From Dehalococcoidia bacterium (GTDB taxonomy: Bacteria; Chloroflexota; Dehalococcoidia; Plut-88900): 64,000 nucleotides of DNA. The position numbers and the translations under genes were made by a program. Below the pieces are notes generated by a model. It made no database searches and was not told where the DNA came from. It worked only from the letters and a program-made list of their open reading frames with translations. Position 1 is the first letter of the stretch; every line of letters begins with the position of its first letter. This document shows, piece after piece, positions 9,302 through 16,546 of this stretch. The stretch spans positions 195,030 through 259,029 of the forward strand of contig CBDFLQ010000005.1 in assembly GCA_965249275.1 (NCBI GenBank), written 5' to 3'.

Positions 9302-9455
9302 CTGCTCACCTCCGCTCTCGATTCGCTTGTTTCCCATGACAGTTTAATCCGTCCAAGCTCCCGCATACACCCCCACCCCCTCAACCATCCCGATAACCTC
9401 ACCAACACTTTTCAGACATCCTTTGCGACCTACCCAGCATCCCACTCTTGACTGT

Positions 9456-9492
9456 GTCATCCCGAGGCCCCGCGAGGGATCTAGGACTTGCC
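9456..9492 (+). repeat. 37-bp dispersed REP-like repeat, copy 3
   Basis: Exact GTCATCCCGAGGCCCCGCGAGGGATCTAGGACTTGCC. Confidence 0.9.
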
Positions 9493-9581
9493 CAACCACA
9501 CCCTTCCCCCTTTACGCCTTCCCATTCCTCGTGGTTGCCCTACCCCCTCCCCACTGCCCCCCAATCAAAGGATCACCCTAT

Positions 9582-9622
9582 GTGACACCAACCCCTTGAC
9601 TCCATCAGACCATACGTACTAA
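9582..9622 (+). promoter_or_regulatory. conserved promoter-like module, copy D (degenerate -10)
   Basis: GTGACACCAACCCCTTGACTCCATCAGACCATACGTACTAA aligns with the modules at 36891 (+), 41172 (-) and 56009 (-). TTGACT at 9596-9601. Confidence 0.45.
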
Positions 9623-10043
9623 CCTCCTCTTGGTCCCCGTCTGCACAGCCGACTCACTACCGCCGACATCCTCACCTCTTCTTTCCGAACGGTTTTCCCT
9701 CCGACCCAACAACCCCATACACCTAATCCTGAAGGACCTTGCCCAATTCTTAAACTCCAGCAGCCATTCCAACACCCCTCTCCCCGAGAATTTCTCCTTC
9801 CCTGGCCTATGATTCAAATTCCCTCCGACAAGCAGACAATCAGAATTCGTGCCTGCTGCCCGCAAACAATCAAACACAAAGCTGATTCCTTTGATTGCCC
9901 CCTTCGACTTTGATAGTAGTATGTCAACTTGCCCCCACGCCTTGCCTCCCACCCCCTATCCGCCTAAACTATCCCAGCATCTCTGGTATAACATTGTCTA
10001 ATACACACAATAACCAATTGCATGGATTCACACCCTGGGGAGA

Positions 10044-10277
10044 ATGGACATAGAAGGAGACATAGCAGTAGCCGACCACTGGGACGCCGGTCACATGGGC
10101 TGCGGTGAGGTTGTCATCATGCTCAGGATGCGATTTCAACCCCTCGCTCCTGGCCAGGTCTTCAAGCTCACGACCCAGGACCTGGGCGCCCACGAAGACA
10201 TCCCCGCCTGGTGCCGGCTCACGAGTCGCCGCCTCCTCAAAGCCGACCACCCCCACTACTGGATCGAGCAGAAATAG
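10044..10277 (+). CDS. TusA/SirA-like small sulfur-carrier-fold protein
   Basis: 77-aa ORF. DAGHMGCGEVVIMLRMRF...PGQVFKLTTQDLGAHEDIPAWCRLT parallels the TusA layout (Cys-loop, then ...D..A..DIP.WC). The Cys sits in a CG context rather than CP. Confidence 0.6.
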   Translation: MDIEGDIAVADHWDAGHMGCGEVVIMLRMRFQPLAPGQVFKLTTQDLGAHEDIPAWCRLTSRRLLKADHPHYWIEQK

Positions 10278-10295
10278 ACCTTGGAAGGAGTCGAC

Positions 10296-10658
10296 ATGTC
10301 CGGAAAGTTCTGCGTCAGCCTCACCCATGCCAAGGACAACACCGACAAAGCCACCGTGGCCTTCGTAATAGCCAACGCCGCCTTGGGTTCGGAGAAGGAG
10401 ACCATGGTCTTCCTCAGCACCGAGGGAGTTCGTGTTGCCGAGAAGGGTTATGCCGACGACATCAACGAGGAAGGGTTCATGCCTCTCAAGGATCTGATGG
10501 ACAGTTTCGCCGCATTCGGTGGTGATATCTACGTCTGTGCCCCGTGCTTCAAGAAGCGCGGCCTCGACGAGAACAACCTCGTTGACGGGGCCACGATAGT
10601 AGGAGGCGCCAAGCTCGTAGAGTTCCTCTCCGATAACAGCCCTTCCGTCTCTTACTGA
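10296..10658 (+). CDS. DsrE/DsrF-like family protein
   Basis: ATG at 10296 is preceded by GGAAGGAG. KATVAFVIANAALGSEKETMVFLSTEGV...IYVCAPCFKKRGL is typical of DsrE/F-like sulfur-relay folds. Confidence 0.65.
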   Translation: MSGKFCVSLTHAKDNTDKATVAFVIANAALGSEKETMVFLSTEGVRVAEKGYADDINEEGFMPLKDLMDSFAAFGGDIYVCAPCFKKRGLDENNLVDGATIVGGAKLVEFLSDNSPSVSY

Positions 10659-10679
10659 CCTCCCGCACCCGAGCCTCTC

Positions 10680-12200
10680 ATGGACCCTATCGAACGTCAC
10701 GTATACCAGCCCGACGTCAGCTTCGACGGCGGTGATCTCGACTGCGGCGGCGGTCTGCTCCTGCTCATCCGCCGTCACATCGACCCCATGGAGCGCGGCG
10801 GCCTCCTGGAGATCCTCTCCACCGACTCCACCGTCGAGGTCGAGCTGCCAGCCTGGTGCCGCATGACCAAGAACGAGATGGTCTCCTGGACCAAGAGGAA
10901 TGGTCAGCGCAGCTTCCTGGTCTGCAAGGGTCTTATGGAAGAGCGTCGGCCCACGGCCACCCTCCCACCCCCCGCCTCCATAGGCGAACAGCTGCGCGTG
11001 AAGGTCACCATCCCCGACTCCCTCCCCCCACCCTCCCCTGCTCCCGAAATCACGCCTTTGTCGGTCATGGGTATCGGGAGTTGGCCCCGGCCCCGCTGGA
11101 TGCTCCAGGCAGTCCACGACAGGCTGGAAGGGCGCCTCAATGAAGAGGACTTCCAAGCCACCGCTAACGATGCCGCTCGACTCTCCATCGACACCCAACT
11201 TCGCGCCGGTGTCGACGTGGTCACAGACGGCGAGCAGCGCCGCGACAGCTATGCCAGCTTCGTAGGCGGCCTTCTCGACAACTGCCAGCTCATCCCACTA
11301 ACCGATCTCACCGCTATGGTCGACGACCCAGACAAGTTCGAGAAGGAGCTGCGCGCCCTCGATGTGCCCGCTGGCGACGTACGCCACCCTGTCGTCTACG
11401 GCAAGCTCGGCCGAAGCAAACCCCTCGCACTCCACGAGCTTGAATTCGCCGCCCAATGCACCGACAGGCCCATCAAGGTCGCCCTCCCCGGCCCTTACCT
11501 CCTCACCCGTACCATGTGGCTCGACTGCCTCACCGACCTCCCCTACGAGACCCGTGAAGACCTAGCCCAAGACGTCGTCCGGGTCCTCCGCGAAGAGCTA
11601 CACTTCCTTCTTGCATCCGGTGCAGCCCTAGTCCAGTTCGACGAGCCCGTTCTCACTGAGGTCGTATTCGGCGCCCCAAGCGGCAACCGCACCTTCATGT
11701 GCGGTGCCCTCAGCGAAAAACTGGCCCCTGCCGCAGAGCTTGATTTTGCCGCAGGCCTCCTCAACGACGTCGTTACCGGCCTCCCACCCGACCGCCTTGG
11801 CCTCCATATCTGCCGCGGCAACTGGACTCGCGACGAGTCTGCCGCCCTCTCCGGCGACTACCGCCCCCTCCTCGACCTTCTCGAACAAGTCCAGGTAGGG
11901 ACCCTATTCCTGGAGCTCTCAACCCCCCGCGCCGGTGAAGCTGCAGTTCTCCGTTCTCTCCCCGACGACAAGCGCATCGCCATCGGCGTCGTCAACCAGA
12001 AGCTCGACGCTGTGGAGAGCCCCGAGGACATCAGCCGGAACATAGACCTCGGCCTCAACCTCTTCGGAAGTGAACGCCTTCTCCTCACCCCTGACTGCGG
12101 CTTCGCAACCTTCGCCGACAACCCCGTCGCCTCCGCCACCATCGCCGAGGCCAAGCTCCGGGCCATAACACAATCCCGAGACCTGGTACCTGCATCATGA
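10680..12200 (+). CDS. fusion protein: N-terminal TusA-like domain plus cobalamin-independent methionine-synthase-like (MetE C-terminal, Meth_synt_2) domain
   Basis: 506-aa ORF. N-terminus DLDCGGGLLLLIRRHI...LEILSTD...ELPAWCRMT. The C-terminal ~370 aa have GSWPRPRW, DVVTDGEQRRDSY, FDEPVL, the zinc motif LHICRGN and a second zinc Cys in TPDCGF. Confidence 0.7.
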   Translation: MDPIERHVYQPDVSFDGGDLDCGGGLLLLIRRHIDPMERGGLLEILSTDSTVEVELPAWCRMTKNEMVSWTKRNGQRSFLVCKGLMEERRPTATLPPPASIGEQLRVKVTIPDSLPPPSPAPEITPLSVMGIGSWPRPRWMLQAVHDRLEGRLNEEDFQATANDAARLSIDTQLRAGVDVVTDGEQRRDSYASFVGGLLDNCQLIPLTDLTAMVDDPDKFEKELRALDVPAGDVRHPVVYGKLGRSKPLALHELEFAAQCTDRPIKVALPGPYLLTRTMWLDCLTDLPYETREDLAQDVVRVLREELHFLLASGAALVQFDEPVLTEVVFGAPSGNRTFMCGALSEKLAPAAELDFAAGLLNDVVTGLPPDRLGLHICRGNWTRDESAALSGDYRPLLDLLEQVQVGTLFLELSTPRAGEAAVLRSLPDDKRIAIGVVNQKLDAVESPEDISRNIDLGLNLFGSERLLLTPDCGFATFADNPVASATIAEAKLRAITQSRDLVPAS

Positions 12201-12880
12201 CCGGCCCGGCTGGCCCTCCACCCACCGACGACGAGGCCATCCAGGTCCAGGGCTACCAGCGGTTCCGTGCCCCGGAAGGCCATTCCGGCCAAGGCATCCT
12301 GATCAACACCTCCCGCGGCAGCATATTCAGTCTTTTTCACCCCACCGAGACCATGGACGCCGCCGTCCTTTGGGTCTGGGGCGCCAGCGGGGGCGTCACC
12401 GGCCCCGCCGACAGCATTTACGTCCGCCTCGCCGAGCGCCTCGCCAGTGAAGGCATAGCCTCCCTCAGGCTCGACTACCGTTTACCCAATGACCTCTACG
12501 AATGCGTACTCGACACCCTCGCCGGGACAACCCTGCTGCTGGGTGTTGGCTTCAAGCGATTGGCCTTGGTTGGCCACTCATTCGGAGGGGCTGTGGTCAT
12601 AGCCGCCGCCCCCTACAATGACAAGATAGTAGCCGTAGTGGGTCTGTCCAGCCAGAGCGCAGGTGCGCAACGTGTTTCGGAAGTCGCCCCCAGGCCCTTG
12701 CTCCTGGTCCACGGCGCCGACGACGCCATAATCCCCGTCCGAGCCTCCCAGTTCATCTATGACCTCGCCGATCAACCCAAGGAACTCCGCTACTTCCAGG
12801 GCGCGGGCCACGGCCTGAACGAGTGCCGTGAAGAGCTGGACGAACTCCTTCACGGCTGGCTTAGGGATAAGCTGGCTTAG
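12197..12880 (+). CDS. alpha/beta hydrolase (dienelactone-hydrolase-like)
   Basis: 227-aa ORF with nucleophile elbow GHSFGG, and later HGADD and GAGH. The ATGA overlap with the upstream stop suggests translational coupling. Confidence 0.7.
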   Translation: MTGPAGPPPTDDEAIQVQGYQRFRAPEGHSGQGILINTSRGSIFSLFHPTETMDAAVLWVWGASGGVTGPADSIYVRLAERLASEGIASLRLDYRLPNDLYECVLDTLAGTTLLLGVGFKRLALVGHSFGGAVVIAAAPYNDKIVAVVGLSSQSAGAQRVSEVAPRPLLLVHGADDAIIPVRASQFIYDLADQPKELRYFQGAGHGLNECREELDELLHGWLRDKLA

Positions 12881-12890
12881 GGACTAGCAG

Positions 12891-13304
12891 ATGAAGCTAA
12901 AGTACGCTGTCGTCTATGAACAAACGCCCAACAACTTCTGCGCCTACGCTCCTGACCTGCCCGGTTGCGTCAGTACGGGCAAGACTTGGGACGAAGTCCG
13001 AGAGATGATGCGGGAGGCAATCGGATTCCATTTAGAGGGAATGCTGGAACATGGCGAATCCGTCCCGGAACCGCGAATGTCCATTGAAGACGCTAAGGCC
13101 TATCACAACGACCCTCTCTCCAAGCAAGAGCAAAAGGCCCTTGCAGCCTACGGCGCTGATGCTCCCAACCTGTCAACCACTTTCGACATGGCAGAGATTG
13201 AGGTAAACCTCGCCCCTACCCCCATGTCATCCCGAGGCCCCGCGAGGGATCTAGGACTTGCCCCTTCACATCCCTCTCGACCATCCCCTCCCTACCCCTC
13301 CTGA
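12891..13304 (+). CDS. HicB-like (UPF0150) antitoxin-fold protein, orphan; C-terminal tail encoded by the REP-like repeat
   Basis: N-terminus MKLKYAVVYEQTPNNFCAYAPDLPGCVSTGKTWDEVREMMREAIGFHLEGMLEHGESVPEP is a typical HicB N-domain. The last ~27 codons read through the repeat at 13226-13262 (MSSRGPARDLGLA). Confidence 0.65.
   Translation: MKLKYAVVYEQTPNNFCAYAPDLPGCVSTGKTWDEVREMMREAIGFHLEGMLEHGESVPEPRMSIEDAKAYHNDPLSKQEQKALAAYGADAPNLSTTFDMAEIEVNLAPTPMSSRGPARDLGLAPSHPSRPSPPYPS
13226..13262 (+). repeat. 37-bp dispersed REP-like repeat, copy 4
   Basis: Exact GTCATCCCGAGGCCCCGCGAGGGATCTAGGACTTGCC. Confidence 0.9.
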
Positions 13305-14539
13305 TTACACACATCCAGCGCCGTAGCTGCCATCACCTTGGCGCAGGTGACCATGTCGCTGATGCGGACGTAGTGGTCCGGTTCATCTTCCCGTGCGTCC
13401 CAATCGCCCCCGGGTCCGTAAAGCACGCACGGAATGCCTGCCTTCCACATGTGGGTGGTGTCGTTCCCCGAGTAGGAGTTCGGGGTCTTGCTCCCGACGT
13501 AGGCCAACTCGCCCCCCGTAACCGCCCTGAACCCCCGAGCCACTGCCTTCACGATCTCCTCGTCCGTGGGCATGTTCATCGGCTCCATCACCGTGCGAAG
13601 AACTCTGTAATCTGCCGGGGGCGGCATCTCGATCTCATAGTCGAACTCGGGGTCCGACGCTTTGACTCCATCCAACGCCCGCCTCACCTCTTCCAAAACA
13701 CCCGCAGAGGTCTGCCCAGGGACCATGCGCCCGTCAACTAGCGCCGTGCAGAAGTCCGGCACGAAGTTCGGGCCGTTAATAACATGGTTCCTCCCCTGTC
13801 CCCCGATAACCGCCCCAACGTGCAGCCGAGGCAAGGATGGCAGAGCCGCAAACGGTGTGTGCGAAAGCTCAAGCCCATTTATCGCCTCAATGGCCTTGGC
13901 CATCTTCTGAATGGCGTTGACCCCGCTCTCTTTCTGGCTTATATGCCGAGACTCGCCCAACACGTGTACCGCCATCTCCAGCCATCCCGCGTGGATCGTG
14001 AGTACGGTGTCCGCATCGTTCGGCTCCGCCACTATCGCCATGTCGGGCCGGTACCCGTGCTCCAGGGCGTACTCCGTCCCCACCCCTCCCTGCAGCTCCC
14101 CGACAACGCACGCCACCTGTAGGTCACCTTTAAGTGACGCCTTGGCCCGGCGCACCGCCTCAGCCGCCGCCACTATCGACGCAACACCGCCCTTCATGTT
14201 GTATATCCCCGCCCCATACAGCCGGTCACCTTCCACCGAGGACTTCCACGGGTCACGCTTCCAACCCATTGAAAGCGGGTCCTGGTCTATGTGCCCGTTC
14301 AGCATCAGGGTTTTCCCACCTCCCGTGCCCCGCAGCGTAGCAATGACCTGGTATCGGCCCGGATCGACCTCCTGAAGGTCGACCTCATATCCCCATCGCC
14401 GGAAGTTCGATGCCAGGAACAGCGCTATCTGAGATTCCTCGGTCTTGAAGCTGGGTATGTCGATTAGCTTCTTCGCAAGCCCGACAACCCAGTCTTCCTT
14501 TACCCGATTCGTTACTCTGTCTAAAGTTGTTGCAGCCAT
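13292..14539 (-). CDS. M20-family metallopeptidase / deacylase (ArgE/DapE/ACY1-like), paralog 1
   Basis: 415-aa ORF with LMLNGHIDQDP, GAGIYNMKGG, VVGELQGGVGT and SYSGNDTTHMWKAGIPCVLYGPG. Confidence 0.85.
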   Translation of the reverse strand: MAATTLDRVTNRVKEDWVVGLAKKLIDIPSFKTEESQIALFLASNFRRWGYEVDLQEVDPGRYQVIATLRGTGGGKTLMLNGHIDQDPLSMGWKRDPWKSSVEGDRLYGAGIYNMKGGVASIVAAAEAVRRAKASLKGDLQVACVVGELQGGVGTEYALEHGYRPDMAIVAEPNDADTVLTIHAGWLEMAVHVLGESRHISQKESGVNAIQKMAKAIEAINGLELSHTPFAALPSLPRLHVGAVIGGQGRNHVINGPNFVPDFCTALVDGRMVPGQTSAGVLEEVRRALDGVKASDPEFDYEIEMPPPADYRVLRTVMEPMNMPTDEEIVKAVARGFRAVTGGELAYVGSKTPNSYSGNDTTHMWKAGIPCVLYGPGGDWDAREDEPDHYVRISDMVTCAKVMAATALDVCNQEG

Positions 14540-14554
14540 TCTCGACCTCCCCGG

Positions 14555-15799
14555 CTAGGCCGGCAGGTTACAGACTTCCAGTGCCGTTAGGGCGTGAGTC
14601 TTTGCACACTCGACCATTTCGCTCACGTTGACGAAGGTATCGGCCTCTCCACCGAGCGACCTGTCGCCCCCCGGCCCGTTCAGGACACACGGAATGCCCG
14701 CCTTCCAAAGGTGGCACGTGTCGTTGCCCGCGTAGGACCGAGGCAGTATCGCTCCGACATTCTCGGGTGGCGCACCCATGTGCCCTTCAATGGCCCGTGA
14801 CACCGCCCCGACTATGTACTCGTCCTTCGGGATGTCCACCGGGTCCATGGTCACGGCTACTCCCTTGTATTTCGCAGGCGGTGGTATCTCCAGCTCCCAT
14901 TTCAGTTCCGGGTCCTCGGCGCTCAGGCCGTTCAGGACCTTCCTCACGTCCTCCTCTACGGTCTCGGCGGTCTGTCCGGGGACTATGCGCACGTCCCAGA
15001 TGGAGGTGCAGAAGTCGCTCACGTAGTTGGGGCCCTTCAGGTCGTGGTCCCGGCCCCGCCCCCCGATAATTGCCCCACAGTTTATCCTCGGCAGCCCCGG
15101 CAGTTCGGGGTGCGGCGTATGCCTCAGTTCGACTTTGTCCACCGCATCGATCACCTTCATCATCTTCCCAATCGCGTCGACCGCCTCTTCCCTCACCGTG
15201 ATGTGCTTGGAGTACCCCAGGACGTTGATCGCCATCCCGATAACTCCGGCATGGATAGTCATGATAGTCTTCGACCCGAAGGGCTCGGCTACAATGGCCA
15301 TGTCCGCCGTCACCCCGCTTTCGAGAGCGTGGACCGTCCCCACCCCTCCCTGCAGCTCTCCCACCACGCACGCCACTACTATGTCTCCCTTAAGCTCCAC
15401 CTTAGACTTACGAATAGCCTCCGCCGCCGATATCATCGAAGCGACTCCACCCTTCATGTTGAAGGCTCCACCCCCGTACAGCCGGTCCCCTTCCCAGCTG
15501 GGCGTCCACGGGTTCCGTTTCCAGCCCATCGCCAGCGGGTCGATGTCTATGTGCCCGTTCAACATCAGGCTCTTCCCCCCACCCGACCCCTTAAGCGTAG
15601 CTATGGTCTGATACCGCCCCGGCTCCACTTCCTGTAGATCGACCTCATATCCCCTCCGCCGGAAGTACGTGGCGAGATACTTGGCTACCTTCTGCTCTTC
15701 CGTCTTGAAGCTCGGTATGCGGAGGATCCTGCTGCACAGGTCCACCACCTCCCGATCCTTGATCTTTCCCAGAACCCTATCCTTCACTGCTGCATCCAT
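14555..15799 (-). CDS. M20-family metallopeptidase / deacylase, paralog 2
   Basis: 414-aa ORF, collinear with 13292-14539 (LMLNGHIDIDP, NMKGGVAS, VVGELQGGVGT). Confidence 0.85.
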   Translation of the reverse strand: MDAAVKDRVLGKIKDREVVDLCSRILRIPSFKTEEQKVAKYLATYFRRRGYEVDLQEVEPGRYQTIATLKGSGGGKSLMLNGHIDIDPLAMGWKRNPWTPSWEGDRLYGGGAFNMKGGVASMISAAEAIRKSKVELKGDIVVACVVGELQGGVGTVHALESGVTADMAIVAEPFGSKTIMTIHAGVIGMAINVLGYSKHITVREEAVDAIGKMMKVIDAVDKVELRHTPHPELPGLPRINCGAIIGGRGRDHDLKGPNYVSDFCTSIWDVRIVPGQTAETVEEDVRKVLNGLSAEDPELKWELEIPPPAKYKGVAVTMDPVDIPKDEYIVGAVSRAIEGHMGAPPENVGAILPRSYAGNDTCHLWKAGIPCVLNGPGGDRSLGGEADTFVNVSEMVECAKTHALTALEVCNLPA

Positions 15800-15842
15800 C
15801 GGTTTCTCCGTAAGCTATTGGGCTGGCAGCCTCACTCACCCG

Positions 15843-16529
15843 TTATTCTTCTACCTTTGTGACCGGCTTTGACAACTTTTCCTTCAACGGATTTGTTGGC
15901 CTGACGGGATACAAAGAGTCTAGGCTTTCCAATTCCGAGAGCACCTTCACCAAAGCACGACGCGTGGTAGGCCTGCAACCCTGTATCGCCTTAATCAGTT
16001 CCCGAACGGTTTTGTCGCTAGTCTCCTTCTTATTTTGTGCGAAGTCGTTTTGCGCATAGTTGATGGAAAACTTATCCATGCTGGTCAGCGACCCGAATTT
16101 GGGACGCCACCAAGTGGGACACAAATTCAGAAGGTCGACTTCTTCCCTAACCGTAATCACCACCACGTCAACGCCTCGCTTGCGTAGAGTATCCAATTTC
16201 CGGCATTTCTCTTCGCTGGGCGGACTGCTGACAACCACTTCGATGATTCTGAGCGGCTTGACTTCGTCGTCGCCGTAGAGGATGAGATCAGGCACGATGC
16301 CTCCCACACTGTCCCACTCCGGGTCTGGAACCTTGACACTCCCAACTCCGGCCCGCAGGTCGTGCGACAGCTCCCCGTCCGGTTCAAGTCTCGCCCGAAT
16401 CTCCTCTCCCCTATCTAAGTCAGGGCGCGTCAACTCGTCGTAGAGCAGAGCTACAGCCCGTTCGTGCAGAGCACTGACAGGCCAAGCCTGCGTTCCGACA
16501 TTCCTGGCCATGTCCCCGTTCTCGCTCAT
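15843..16529 (-). CDS. hypothetical protein with possible PD-(D/E)xK (CoiA-like) nuclease core; lower-GC insert in the M20 array
   Basis: Start placed at MSENGDM (16529) to avoid overlapping the upstream gene. Segment GIVPDLILYGDDEVKPLRIIEVVVSSPPSEEKCRKLDTLRKRGVDVVVI resembles a D...(I/V)E(V)x.S nuclease core. Visibly less GC-rich than its neighbours. Confidence 0.4.
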   Translation of the reverse strand: MSENGDMARNVGTQAWPVSALHERAVALLYDELTRPDLDRGEEIRARLEPDGELSHDLRAGVGSVKVPDPEWDSVGGIVPDLILYGDDEVKPLRIIEVVVSSPPSEEKCRKLDTLRKRGVDVVVITVREEVDLLNLCPTWWRPKFGSLTSMDKFSINYAQNDFAQNKKETSDKTVRELIKAIQGCRPTTRRALVKVLSELESLDSLYPVRPTNPLKEKLSKPVTKVEE

Positions 16530-16546
16530 TGGGATACCCCCCTCCC

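Noticed and set aside
9969-11198. 409-aa minus-strand ORF
   Set aside because: It lies antisense to three plus-strand genes with recognisable domains (TusA-like, DsrE-like, MetE-like). It has Gly/Val/Glu/Asp-rich composition with no motifs, typical of a shadow ORF in GC-rich DNA.
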